Assembly: GCA_965198115.1 (NCBI GenBank)
Contig: OZ240241.1
Span: 3,488,001 to 3,552,000, forward strand
Reading direction: 5' to 3'
Length of the DNA stretch: 64,000 nucleotides
From: Candidatus Latescibacterota bacterium
Lineage (GTDB): Bacteria; Latescibacterota; UBA2968
Shown: positions 11,280 through 22,768 of the stretch, piece by piece
Layout of the letters: each line of letters starts with the position of its first letter
Numbering within the stretch: position 1 is the stretch's first letter
Notes under the pieces: generated by a model
Database searches by the model: none
Told to the model about the DNA's origin: nothing
Seen by the model: only the letters and a program-made list of their open reading frames with translations
Program-made: the position numbers and the translations under genes

Positions 11280-11520
11280 GGTCAAGTCGCTTGCGCCTAC
11301 CTGCCAATCGTCTCCGAAGTCCGGGACGGCAAGCGGCCCATCAACCTCTCGAGCCGCTTCTTGTGCTGCCGTCATTCCAGGATTGCTGCCGTCCTTCTTG
11401 GTATCGTCGTCAGCGCAAATGATTAGTTGCAGGTCGGGATACTTCGCTCGCAGCAGCCGCGCTACCAACGGCAAACCACTAGCGCTGAAGGCCACCGCCA
11501 CGGCGTGGCCTGTGGCTTCG
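11280..11520 (-). pseudogene. TOPRIM primase fragment (P4 alpha/TraC-like)
   Basis: YEATGHAVAVAFSASGL..VA..LR.KYP...IICADDD...NPG..AA.EAA. Confidence 0.65.
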
Positions 11521-11859
11521 TAAATTAGTGGCGGCCGTGGCGAAGCCTTCCGCGAGGCACAGGATGCCGTCCGGCTGTCCGATCGGGAAGTAGCTTCGTC
11601 AGTGTCTGTTCTCAAGGGTCCACCGCCACGCAGATAAGGGGACGGAAAGTGAGGAATTGTGGTCTCCTCTTCCCTTCCGGTCGTTGCCGGGACAGGCGTC
11701 CACAATGAATGTTTCTGACGTACGGACGTTTGATCAGAAATATCCAGGCAGTGCGACGCCGGTTCCGTAGATCACCGGATTCCAAGTCCTTTGAGGTTCA
11801 TGACGTGAGTTTGGACGAACTCAGGCCGCGACGGGCTTGACCAAGTTCTTTTCGACGAA

Positions 11860-13493
11860 TGCCTCGAGGTCGGCCAGACGAAACCGAGCAGACCTACCGA
11901 TTTTCACGTGAGGCACGCGCCGGCGACTCAACCCAACACCGGAGCGTATTCTCCGTGCACTGGAGATACTCAGCGACTTCCGCGGGCTTCAGCAGGCGAT
12001 CTCCAACAACCCGTCGATCACGTGAAGGCACATACGCGCGGAGGAAAAACTCGGAGCTATAATCAAAAGGTGTGGAAAAAGAGAAAGGGCGACCCTACCC
12101 TTCCCGTGAGATAGTTGATTCACACAAAACCGGGTGAGAGGCCCGGTTGGGAAGGAGGATCGCCGTGAAGGAACATACGCATAGAGCCCCATTGAAGTCC
12201 ATGCCGACGTGGGAGACGGTTGACGATTGGATCCGTGAAGAGATCCAGGGCCGGTTCCAGTCCATTCTGGAGGAGGAGGCGACCGCGTTCTTGGGCCGGT
12301 CGTGGTATGAGCGCCGAGCCGAGGTCGATAGCTCCACGGGCTACAGGAACGGCTACGGCAAGCCCCGGCGTCTCTCGACGAGCTGCGGAACGATCAAGGT
12401 CCGGCGTCCCCGGGTTCGTGGTCTGGAAGAGCGGTTTGAAAGCCGCATCCTCCCCCTGTTCGCCCGGAGAACCAGGGCCATTGGAGATCTGCTTCCCGAC
12501 CTTTATCTCCACGGTCTCTCCCAGGGCGACTTCGAGTTGTCTTTGCGTGCACTGCTCGGTGATGGCGCGCCGCTTTCGCCGACCTCGATCGCTCGTCTTC
12601 GAGGGAAGTGGGAGGTCGACTTCCAGGACTGGAAAGAAAGGCGTCTGGATAATCGCGAACTGGTCTACGCCTGGGCTGATGGCATCTACGTCAAAGCCGG
12701 GCTCGAGCGCGAGAAGGCGTGTCTGCTGGTCGTGATCGGCGCGATGAGCGACGGCAGCAAGGAGATCCTGGCGATAGAACCCGGTTATCGAGAGTCTACA
12801 GAATCCTGGCTCACGGTGCTCCGGGATCTCCGGGATCGCGGGCTCGAACATCCTGTCCTGATCGCCGCGGACGGGAATATGGGCATCTGGGCGGCCGTTG
12901 ATCAGGTCTGGCCAGAGAGCCGGCAACAACGGTGCTGGAACCACAAGATCCTCAACGTGCTCGACAAGGTCGCCAAGCGTGCACAGGCTGAAGCCCGCGC
13001 ACTGCTCGTCCAAATCCCCTATGCCGGCACGAAAAAGGAGGCCGAGAAGCTCCGGAAACGCTTTGCCGCACGGTATCGCTCACAGTTCCCTGCCGCCGTG
13101 GAGACGCTCGAAAGAGACTGGGATCGGATGGTCACGTTCTACGACTTCCCGAAGGAACACTGGAAACACCTGAGAACCACGAACGTCGTCGAGAGCCCCT
13201 TTGCTTCCGTTCGGCTTCGCACAAACGCCGCCAGGCGATTCAAGAAAGTCAGGAACGCCACGGCTCTCATCTGGCGTACGCTCAAGGTCGCAGAGAGCCG
13301 ATTCAGGAAACTCACCGCGCCACACTTGCTACAACAAGTCTACGATCAGAAACACTCAACCGGACCGCAGGTCGAAACCGGGAAGATGGCCGCCTGATTT
13401 CTTTTACACACCTATTGACCTGAGCTCAAAACTCGGCTCGACAATGCGCAGCTGATGTGCCGCTCGTGCAACAGCCGAAAGGGCGGAGCTTAA
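11860..13493 (+). pseudogene. HNH endonuclease gene remnant interrupted by IS256 copy 2
   Basis: Excising the IS and one TSD gives VDHVKAHTRGGKTRLDNAQLMCRSCNSRKGGA*. Confidence 0.75.
12054..13427 (+). mobile_element. IS256-family element copy 2
   Basis: Near-identical to 1146-2519. 8-bp TSD aaaactcg at 12046-12053 and 13428-13435. Confidence 0.95.
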
Positions 13494-13806
13494 AGAGGGG
13501 TCGACCCGAAGCAGAATTTTCGTATCATGACGTTCAGGTCTGAAATTCGCGCCGGAAACAGCTTCTGACAGGCAGAAAGCAACCGGTGTAAAAAACCTGG
13601 GGTTTTCACAGTTCCAACCCTGCTTGGATGCCGATCCTCCCGGCGGAGCGCTTAAACGCGCGTCTGCCGGGCGGCTTTCGAACCAGACACGCCCCGTACT
13701 AAACCGGAGCCCCTCCTTCGCTTTTGTGAGGCGTCTGAAGAAGTAAATCCGCTGGCCGAACATCGCCACTACGTCGTCAGGGCCTGGATGGCTCCTCTAA
13801 CGGCCA

Positions 13807-13866
13807 CGTAAGGACGACATTGCGCGGCTGCGCGGAGCAAGGTTCGTGTCGGTCACGGAAGGCGTA
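13807..13866 (+). pseudogene. Tiny relic of a second D5/P4 primase-helicase
   Basis: Translates RKDDIARLRGARFVSVTEG, matching NDLARLRSARFVSAAET in the 4102..6327 protein. Confidence 0.5.
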
Positions 13867-14010
13867 GAAGACAGTCCTGGCCTCGCGCGGCTACGACGGT
13901 TTCGCCATATCGGTGCGACGGTTCAGGATGCTTTTCGGGATCGGGCTTTTTGTAGGTACGCCCTGCGATTCACGAGGGCTGATCTGTTGTGAGCGAACGG
14001 GCATTATCGC

Positions 14011-15627
14011 TTGACCTACGATTTTAAGACACTACGGGGAGATCTCTTCGGCGGCATCACTGCCACGGTGGTGGCGATACCGATCGCGCTGGGTCTCGGC
14101 GTCGCGTCGGGCATGGGGGCGGCTGCCGGCATATACGGTGCCATCGCGGTCGGCTTTTTCGCGTCAGTGATCGGTGGCACGCGGTCCCAGATATCCGGTC
14201 CCACAGGTCCAATGACCGTCGCCATGGCGGTTATTATCACTAGCCACGCGGCCAATCTCCTCGAAGCCTTGACTGTGGTGGTTCTGGGCGGTCTGCTGCA
14301 GGTGCTTCTGGGCATATCCAGGGTCGGCCGCTTTGTGGCCTACACTCCATACGTGGTTATATCTGGATTCATGTCTGGCATCGGCATCATCATCATGCTG
14401 ATTCAGACCTTGCCGTTCCTCGGGGCACCCACCGCACCGGGCGGACCTATGGGCGCGATTCGTGCGTTGCCGCAGGCGGTGGGCAATATCAACATCAGCG
14501 CCTTTGCGATCGCTAGTGTTACTCTCGCGGTTGGAGTCCTCTGGCCTCGCCGGCTGGCGAGACTCCTGCCCGCTCCCCTGGTAGCGCTGATGGCCGGCAC
14601 ACTGCTGAGCGTGCTGTGGTTGAAAGACTCGCCGCTCATCGGGCACGTGCCGACCGGCCTGCCGGGAGTGCAATTCGGGTTGCCTTCCGCCAGCTTCCTG
14701 GTGCACGCGATGGAACCAGCGCTCATTCTCGCCCTTCTCGGCTCCGTGGACAGTCTCCTCACCTCCGTGGTAGCCGATTCGTTGACCGGTACACGCCACA
14801 ACTCGGACCGGGAACTGATCGGACAGGGTATCGGCAACGTGGTGGCAGGACTCTTCGGAGGGCTTCCGGGTGCTGGGGCCACCATGGGCACCGTGACCAA
14901 CATACGAGCTGGCGGACGGACCCAGGTATCCGGCGTGTTGCGCGCGGTACTTCTGCTGGCCCTAGTTCTGGGCCTTGGTCGATACGTCGAGCCGATTCCT
15001 CTTGCCGCTCTTGCCGGTGTCCTGATGAAAGTCGGCTGGGACATCATCGACTGGCGTCTTCTCATCCGCGTCCACCGCATCCGGCGCGAACACCTTGTCG
15101 TCATGCTGATCACGTTGAGCCTTACGGTGTTCGTTGATTTGATAACCGCCGTAGCGATAGGACTGATCGCCGCGGGAATGACCCACGCGCGACAGTTGGA
15201 AAGCCTGGAACTCGACAGCGTGGTCTCGGTACCGCTGCTGGACCGGAAGTTCTTATCCGAGCAGGAGCACAAGGGTGTATCGGACCCATATGCGGCGCGG
15301 GTCGGTTTGGTGGCACTCCGGGGGACTCTCACCGTCGCCTCCTCCCGTAAGCTGGTCGGAGTGATCAGCGAGGACATCAAGGATCATGAGGTCGTCATCT
15401 TTGATTTCTCCGGCGCCACCTACCTCGACGACAGTGCGGCCATGGTAATCGAGCAACTCATCGACACTGCTAACAAAGCGCAGACCCAGTGCATCGTGAT
15501 GGGTCTCTCAGGCTCTGTTGAGAACACCCTTTACACGCTCGATATCTTGCGGCATGTACCGGAAGATCACATTGTCGAAACTCTGGGCGAGGCGCGAGCG
15601 GCCGCCAAAGCTCTCCTCAAAGATTGA
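14011..15627 (+). CDS. SulP/SLC26 anion transporter (BicA-like) with STAS domain
   Basis: GDLFGGITATVVAIPIALG.GVASG, ISGPTGPM, RELIGQGIGN, GGLPGAGATMGT; STAS motif VIFDFSGATYLDDSAA. Intact. Confidence 0.92.
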   Translation: MTYDFKTLRGDLFGGITATVVAIPIALGLGVASGMGAAAGIYGAIAVGFFASVIGGTRSQISGPTGPMTVAMAVIITSHAANLLEALTVVVLGGLLQVLLGISRVGRFVAYTPYVVISGFMSGIGIIIMLIQTLPFLGAPTAPGGPMGAIRALPQAVGNINISAFAIASVTLAVGVLWPRRLARLLPAPLVALMAGTLLSVLWLKDSPLIGHVPTGLPGVQFGLPSASFLVHAMEPALILALLGSVDSLLTSVVADSLTGTRHNSDRELIGQGIGNVVAGLFGGLPGAGATMGTVTNIRAGGRTQVSGVLRAVLLLALVLGLGRYVEPIPLAALAGVLMKVGWDIIDWRLLIRVHRIRREHLVVMLITLSLTVFVDLITAVAIGLIAAGMTHARQLESLELDSVVSVPLLDRKFLSEQEHKGVSDPYAARVGLVALRGTLTVASSRKLVGVISEDIKDHEVVIFDFSGATYLDDSAAMVIEQLIDTANKAQTQCIVMGLSGSVENTLYTLDILRHVPEDHIVETLGEARAAAKALLKD

Positions 15628-16304
15628 GGCGCAAGATACTGTACCGGGCGCTTCAGTTCCGCCTGTCCGCCATCGGCTACACACCTGCGATTACCCGGCG
15701 ACGACGGATCTTTCGCCATCGATGGAGTGGGCGCCCCTCCCTTTAACGTTACTCCCGATCACGGCCACCATGGCACCATTTTGCTGGAGGCGATCGTGGA
15801 GTTGGCGCCGACAGGGAGAGGAGTGTCCGTGGGGGGCGCGCCAAGTTCGAGCCGGAGTCCGCTTAGAACAAGCGGTCCACGGGGGAAATCGGATCAAAAT
15901 CAATGCGGTTGCTTCAAGCGGGACGTTTGGGGATTTGCGGTGTCCATCAGTGCCTCGGAACCCTCGAAGCCACGCGGTGCGCATTAGGGTGCCAATTCAA
16001 GGATGTAGTGCCTTTCTCCATCGGGACCAGGCACGTAAGACCTCATTACGTAGATGCCATCGAAGTGCCCGGGCCGCTGTAATTCGACACTATCGCGTCA
16101 AGGATATAAGCACCTCTGATTCGGTGGGAACTCCCTTCAAAACTCATAGCCTATGGAAAATGTGCTGAGAACTCCGAACGCTCTCGAATACTCCATACGC
16201 ACCGGAGCGTGGCGAACTCCGGATTTTAAAACTTTCTCCCAGGCTCGCGTAGCGCATCACCGGAGCCCGAGACAGATATTCAATTCCGGCCCCGACCTGA
16301 AACG

Positions 16305-16870
16305 TCAGACTCCTTCAAAGAATGTGACGCCCAGCGACGGTTGAAAACTGAATGACATGGCGACGCCCGAATTACTTAATTTCGAATCGGTGGACACGTC
16401 CACCGTCGGATCCCCCGACGACAGGAAAGTTCTCTGGCGTCCCTCGTATTCGGAATCAAGGTAATATCCCCCCCATTCGCCGTCTATCGTGAACTTCCAG
16501 CGATCTTCGAACGGAACGTCAAGGCGAATGCCGACAACGCCGCCGTAATACCAGGCGTTCAGATCCTCTTTCAGTGTCAGTTGGTTGACATTCGGTTCCC
16601 GGTTGGACTCATAGGCAAAAATGTCGAACTCCTGACGCAGCCTCTTGAAACTTGGACCGATATAAGGAGAGACTTTGCGCTGCCCTTCCAGGCCGAAGGA
16701 AATTCCGCTCACAAAATCGCCGTCCCAGAATTCCACGTTCCTTTCCGTCGTGATGCGTATGGGATCGCCCCAGGCGAAATTGGGCGTGCCGAAATCTATC
16801 GCTGCTCCATCTATGACTCCAATCCAACCCACGGAGCTAACGTGCGGATCGGTTTCTATCAACCGCGTCG
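16305..16870 (-). pseudogene. Fragment of a probable outer-membrane beta-barrel protein
   Basis: Amphipathic aromatic strands (AWYYGGVVGIRLDVPF, WKFTIDGEWGGYY). Both ends are abrupt junctions. Confidence 0.4.
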
Positions 16871-17520
16871 AAGGACTTTTCTGATCTGCCATCAGGCTGT
16901 ATGAGATCCGCGAAGGTGTTCGCGAAATCTGTAAGAGAGACTCCGTGAGGCCGAACGGGGCGCGCACCTTGTGGTAGGAGATCGATGTCACGGGCGCTGA
17001 ACCAAACCTGGACCGCATATCGTTCCGATCCATCTCCTGCGAGGTCGTGAAGTACGCGGAGGGCAAGAGAGGTCTTCCCTGTTCCCCCAGGTCCACTGAG
17101 GGTTACAATCGGGTGTCGATCCACCAAATTCAACTGCTCGGCCACCTGCGTTTCCAGAGTCTTTCTTCTGACGTATCCAGCGGGAGCTGTCGGCAGATTT
17201 GAGAACGTTACTCCCTCTACGGCAAGCGAATCCAAACCTTCAGTTGTGCTTCCCGGCAGTTGAGTCACGGGAGTCAGCCATCTCGTGGATTCAGATCGTT
17301 GCCTATCATTAGTGATGTATGAACCTCGTAGGACCTATCCCTGAAACTCCCATTTGCCAGCAGGAAGTCAGACGCGTCGGGGTTAGAAGAGGCCAGCTCG
17401 ACAGGGAGAAGCGACTCCCCGAAAGCTACGTGGATGCCATCACCAAGGTCGTGATGAGCTTGAATTTTGAGGTAGTCGAAAGCCCTGCAGTCTCCGCAGG
17501 GAGGAGTTACGCGGTAGATG
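16870..17520 (-). pseudogene. Internal fragment of an NB-ARC/STAND ATPase
   Basis: FSNLP....YVRR..LE, IVTLSGPGGTGKTSLAL, VWFSARDIDLL. Frameshift near 17270; both ends missing. Confidence 0.75.
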
Positions 17521-17672
17521 TCGAACTCCTCAAGGATCGCGGACAGGGCGGCATTGTCCCGCCGTACGGAAGAGCCGAGGAACTGAATGTTGAAGGAGCA
17601 GATGGCCAGGTCTTCCGCGGCCACTGACGTCGCCAGAACCAGGAACAGAGCAATGCGTGCGAACATCTTCAT
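17520..17672 (-). pseudogene. N-terminal fragment of a secreted endonuclease/exonuclease/phosphatase-family protein
   Basis: Signal peptide then LAICSFNIQFLG...LSAILEEFDI, breaking off before the conserved QE motif. Confidence 0.6.
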
Positions 17673-17705
17673 AGGAGCCACCATCCTGTGGAATGTGGGT
17701 TATGG

Positions 17706-17935
17706 CCAATGTCTTTTTCGCTGTTGAAATTGGACAGCGGCATGTGATGGTTTCAGGCGGCTGCAGCGCGTCCTTCAACGTTCCCGTCGAGAGCGGCATC
17801 GGGCGTCTGAAGAGCGACCACAAGCTTGGTCATCTGGCGGTAGCCCTTGAGTCGCCGGAAGCCCCGTTCGGCTTCCAAGGCACCGGCGGCGCTCCAGCGC
17901 AGGATCATGCGGCCGCTCTTCCATCGCTTGACGGC
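17706..17935 (-). mobile_element. IS256-family 3' remnant, second lineage
   Basis: Minus strand reads VKRWKSGRMILRWSAAGALEAERGFRRLKGY, then an IS256-like end (tttcaacagcgaaaaagacatt). Confidence 0.65.
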
Positions 17936-17989
17936 CGTGCAGGTGGCCTTGAGACCTCAAAGCGATCTACCAGTCCGCCACACTTCGTA

Positions 17990-18369
17990 AGGCCGAGAAC
18001 CAACTGGAGAAGTTCTCTGTGAAGTGGGACAACACCTACTCGATGATCGGTCGGTCCTGGCGTGAACACTGGGAGCACATCACCCCGTTCTTCGCCTACC
18101 CACCAGAGATCCGGAAGGTGATCTACACGACGAACGCCATCGAGTCAATGAACGCATCGCTCCGGAAAGTCACGAAGAACAGAGGCGCGTTCCCGAATGA
18201 TCAGGCCGCCATCAAACTCCTGTATCTGGCGATCCGAAACATCTCCAAACGATGGACCCGGCCACTGAACGATTGGAATGGGGCCATCAACCGGTTCGCC
18301 ATCATGTTCGAAGATCGTGTCCCGTTAAAGTAATCGTGTCACCAGTTACACAAATCTCTGGACACACCC
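17990..18369 (+). mobile_element. IS256-family 3' remnant, third lineage
   Basis: W...ITPFFAYPPEIRKVIYTTNAIESMN..RGAFP; right IR ttacacaaatctctggacacaccc. Confidence 0.85.
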
Positions 18370-19404
18370 GTGGTGGCGCTGGCAGTACAATCACATCAGA
18401 CCACACAGCTCATTGGGCTATCGCCCACCTGCACCTGAAGCGGTCACCAAACCGCTCACCGCAGCCATATCCTAACTCTGGATGTGGACACATAGATGGG
18501 GGCAGGTCATCACCAAGTCCGCACGTTCAAACGTCATCGTCCACATATCGTTCATTTCAACCTGTCAAACCATTACCAATCTCACTACAGCATACTTGCG
18601 GCGAGTGCGGCTCGCGTCAAGCACCGCATTGCGACCCTTCATCTTCCTCCCCGAGCTCGCACCACTAGCGCAAGGGGGAGAATGTTCGAGCACATCGTCT
18701 ATGCCCGCCTGAATCGAGTCATTATGGTCTGCCATTCCAGCCGGTGTCTCTTACACGAATTCACCTCATTCCCCAACCACCTGTCACGCGTCGTACACAA
18801 CGGAGTGCTGGAGCACCGTGGGAGGCAAAGACCCGAGGGTTGGCGTTGCGATGGTCGAACGGTGATTGGTTTCGTGGGGAGGCTCACAAGGCAGAAAGGG
18901 CTTCCACATCTGCTTCGAGCAATGGCGACACTGGTCGGCGCAAAATCGAATGTCCGCCTGGTCATCGTCGGCGACGGTCCCGACAGGGCTGAGCTCGAAA
19001 CTCAGGTCGCCTCCCTCAGAATCCAGGATTCGGTGTCCTTCGAAGGGTTTCGGCCCGACGCAAGAGATTGGATCGCCGGGTTCGATATCTTTGTACTACC
19101 CTCTATCTATGAGAGTTTTCCGATCTCTATTTTACAGGCCATGTCCGCCGGAGTACCCGTAGTGGCGTCCACGGTGGATGGTATCCCTGAGGCCGTAGAG
19201 GGCGGCGTGACCGGACTTCTGATTCCACCAGCGGATCACGGTGCTCTCGCAAGAGGGCTGCTTTCTTTGGTCGATTCTCCTGACACGAGAGCACGGCTGG
19301 GCTCAGCAGGCAAACAGCGATACGAGGAGCACTTTACTGCGGCCGGAATGATCGCGCAGACTCAAGACCTCTACAGTGAGATGGTGGCGAATCACGTGTC
19401 TTGA
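18370..19404 (+). pseudogene. GT4 glycosyltransferase, 5'-truncated at the IS256 remnant
   Basis: VVHNGV, FVGRLTRQKG, IVGDGP, DIFVLPSIYESFPISILQAM..GVPVV. Confidence 0.8.
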
Positions 19405-19688
19405 GACTTGAAATTGTAGGCACATCGAGACTGAAGTATCTTCCACCGGGCGTGTTTGTAAAAGGGAAGGATCGGATGTGTTGAAACGGTTCGTACACCG
19501 GGTTCTTGGTCGCCGACCGTCACCCTTGATCGACTCGACGGGCGACCACAACACCCGGGTGACCGCAATGGAAGTCTCGCGTCTCTTGCCGCGCTGTGGC
19601 GATTTCGATCGCCCTGCTACCACATCGTTGGCCTCTACGCGAGTGAATCGACGCGGCGTTGCAAACTGCGCCACCCCAGAGAAGGCCA

Positions 19689-20331
19689 GTGAATGACGGC
19701 CTGAATACCGAAAGCGTTGGTCGCCCGGACGCTTTCCTCGGCCCAATCACACAGGCCGTTCGCGATCTGGCTGTAAACCGATATGGCACGACCGAGGGCA
19801 GAACGCTCGATGCGGCGTGCGGGAATGGCCTATTCTTTGCGGCCCTCCCGCAAGGCCGATCCCGCCTGTTCGGCTCCGATTTAGCTCGGAGCTTGCTTCA
19901 GGAAAGCCGGTTGGTCTTTACCGACAACAACCTGACCGGTGTGGTGCTCTTGCAGGCGGATGCCGCACATCTCCCATATCACACAGAGACTTTCGACAGT
20001 GTTTTCTTTCTCAATACATTGGTCAATTTTGCTGACGACCGGATTGTGGTAGAGATCCTGGAAGAGCTCGGGCGCGTCTGCCGACCCGGAGGCCGTGTTT
20101 TCGTCGATTTAAGGAATGTTAAGGAACGGTCGGAATCTTCTGCTCCGACTTCGGTACTGGCTGCACAACCAATCCGCCGATTTCATTACGCGGGGATATG
20201 ATTTCAGGTCGATCGCCAGTAGATTTAGAACATTCGGATTCGATCCTGTCCTGGTCCACGTCGCTGCCCGGAGATTCCCAATCGGCCCTCTCGCCTACCT
20301 CGTCGAAGCCCAAAAACCTTCGCGGGTTTAA
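19689..20331 (+). pseudogene. Class I SAM-dependent methyltransferase, frameshifted
   Basis: LDAACGNG, QADAAHLPY..ETFD, RVCRPGG. A ~10-bp tandem duplication (ttaaggaatg/ttaaggaacg, ~20109-20128) shifts the frame. Confidence 0.8.
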
Positions 20332-20389
20332 TCTTGCCGGGCTTTGACCTACATTCAGACCACGTGCCAGCTACAAGGCGGGACTCCGC

Positions 20390-21604
20390 ATGCGCTTGAG
20401 AACACCATCGGCGGGAACCCCGATTGCCCTATCTGATCTGGTCGGTAGCCTGGTTTCCGGAGAACATTGTGAAGCATTCCGGGAAGATCTCGGGGATTTC
20501 CTGGGAGCTCCTCACTGTGCACTCTGTGGCTCAGGAACTTCCGCGTTCTACGCGACTCTTCTCGCACTGAGCAAGCGATCCGACGCCACCGAAGTCGTCC
20601 TACCGGCCTACACAGCGCCTTCGCTTGTTCTGCCCGTTCTCGAGGCCGGCTTGCGACCTGTCCTGGCTGAGACGTCTGTTCACACCCTGAACGCCGATGC
20701 CGACTCCCTTCTGAGTCGCTGCGGGCCTCGAACGCTCGCGGTCGTCCCGGTACATATGTACGGGTTGGCCACAGATGTGGCGTGTCTTCGCGACGGCCTT
20801 CCGTCCGAGACCTGGATCGTTGAAGATGCGTGTTCGTCGTTGGGAACGTGTGTCGGGGGAGAGCAGACAGGCACGACCGGACACATCGGCTTCTACAGCT
20901 TTAACCGGGGGAAGAATCTGACAACCCTCACCGGGGGAGCGATTTCCTCGAGGGACGAGGAGCTGATCGGGGCAGTCAACGAACAGATGACTTCCTTTCG
21001 CAAACCTGGCCGGGTCGAACGAGTGGAGAAAGTCGCCATGTCGGCGGCACTAGCCCTTGCCGTGCGGCCCTCCGTCTACACCGCCCTGTATCCTCTGATC
21101 GAGCGGCACAAATACAACGGCCTGCATACTGATTTCGACGCCTGCGGCTACACGCCATTTCGGGCCGCGCTGGGCAGGCGGATTCTGTCCCGCTTCGACG
21201 ACATCTGTGAGGCGCGTAGGACGAACGCTGGGCTGGCACGGCGAAACCTGTCGGACGTCGACGGGGTTGCTCTACCCACCGTTCAGGCGGGATCTGATCC
21301 GGTCATGAATCAGTTCCCCATTCTTCTGCCGAATCGGCAGGCGCGGGACCTGGTGCACGCTCGCATCCTCGAAACTGGCTTGGAAACGACACGCCTTTAC
21401 CCCGACCCGGTGCACCTCATTTACGACACGATTTGGGACGGCTTCGGGCCAGACCCCTATCCGCAGGCGACACAGATTTCGGAACGGCTAATCCTGCTTC
21501 CCGTTCACCCCCTGGTGTCGCGCGTTGTCCTGCAGAATGCGTTGGGTATACTCGTCGACGTGATGAGCGGCATGAAGACTCCCGAGGAGGCGTTGACCCC
21601 GTGA
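20390..21604 (+). CDS. DegT/DnrJ/EryC1/StrS PLP aminotransferase
   Basis: GSGTSA, VPVHMYG, IVEDAC, FYSFNRGKNLTTLTGG, LPVHP. Confidence 0.88.
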   Translation: MRLRTPSAGTPIALSDLVGSLVSGEHCEAFREDLGDFLGAPHCALCGSGTSAFYATLLALSKRSDATEVVLPAYTAPSLVLPVLEAGLRPVLAETSVHTLNADADSLLSRCGPRTLAVVPVHMYGLATDVACLRDGLPSETWIVEDACSSLGTCVGGEQTGTTGHIGFYSFNRGKNLTTLTGGAISSRDEELIGAVNEQMTSFRKPGRVERVEKVAMSAALALAVRPSVYTALYPLIERHKYNGLHTDFDACGYTPFRAALGRRILSRFDDICEARRTNAGLARRNLSDVDGVALPTVQAGSDPVMNQFPILLPNRQARDLVHARILETGLETTRLYPDPVHLIYDTIWDGFGPDPYPQATQISERLILLPVHPLVSRVVLQNALGILVDVMSGMKTPEEALTP

Positions 21605-22766
21605 TTGCCCGGAAAAACCTGCTTCGGAACATCGGCAAGGCCCTGACACAGCCACGCTACGCCACAACGACGGCATTCAAGCGACTCCGATCCACCGCCA
21701 GCTACCATCTTTCGACGGTTATAGCGGCCCGCCGGAAACGGTATCACTCTTCCTGACCTTCAAGTGCAACCTGACGTGCAGCATGTGCGGGCAATGGGGA
21801 GACAGCGGCGCTTTCAAGGCTTTTGACAACGAGGTCCTACGAAAGCAACTCACCATCGAAGAGATCCAACGTATCGTGGACGACCTGAGTGTCAGCAGAC
21901 CCAACGTGACGCTCTTTGGCGGCGAACCGATGATGTATAAGGATTGGACTGACGTTGTGTCCTACATCAAGAGCAAGCGCATGCGATGCAACATGGTCAC
22001 CAACGGAACGCTGATGTCAGTCTACGCCGAGCGGATCGTCGACTCGGGCATGGACGAGATCATCCTATCGCTCGACGGCACCGAAGAGGTCCACGATGTC
22101 ACCCGGGGAGAAAAGGGAACGTTTCGGAAACTCGTCGAAGGCGTCGGGGATGTAGCGAGACTTCGCGACGATCGTGGCCTGATCCATCCCGCGCTGAACA
22201 TCAACTGCACTCTGTACGAAACCAACTACAGTCGGCTTGACGAGATTGTCGAGATTGCCGAAGACATGGGTGCCGACAACATCAATTTCCACCATTTGCT
22301 GTTCATCAATCAGCCCATGTACGAAGACCACAACCGGATCTTCAAGCGTGAGCTCGGCCAGATCACACCGGACTGGGCCGGGTTCGTGTGGAAGGATTTA
22401 CCGGAGATGGATCCGGAGGTGGTCATCGAATCGATTCGCAGGATCGAACAATACCGGGGTCGTATGAACGTGTCCGTTTACCCCAACTATACGGACGATG
22501 AGATCAGGGCCTACTACTCCGGGTTCGAATTCGAGTCGACCAGCTACCCGAATCGGTGTCTGAGCCTATGGATGACGGCCTACATCATGCCAGACGGAGC
22601 CGTGCGGCCTTACCACACCATGAACTTCTCACCCGGCAACATCCGCGAGGCGTCGTTCAGCCAGATTTGGAACAACGACGTTTACCGCAACTACCGTCGC
22701 CTCGTGAAAAGACGAAAGCGCTTTCCCGTATGCGCCAAGGGTTGCACCGAGCTCTATCGCTACTGA
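21601..22766 (+). CDS. Radical SAM enzyme with SPASM/Twitch-like C-terminus; 1-nt frameshift near 21710
   Basis: CNLTCSMC (CxxxCxxC), GGEP, VTNGTL, SLDG..HD..RG, RC..LW..AYI.PDG.V, GNI....F..IWN, CAKGC. The shift sits in a T run and could be a sequencing error. Confidence 0.85.
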
Positions 22767-22768
22767 GC

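Noticed and set aside
1146-13427. IS256 copies 1 and 2 as a composite transposon carrying the island
   Set aside because: Each copy has its own distinct 8-bp TSD.
17785-17840. IS5-like motif VESGIGRLKSDH on the plus strand
   Set aside because: The minus strand gives a longer match to an IS256 C-terminus with a matching element end.
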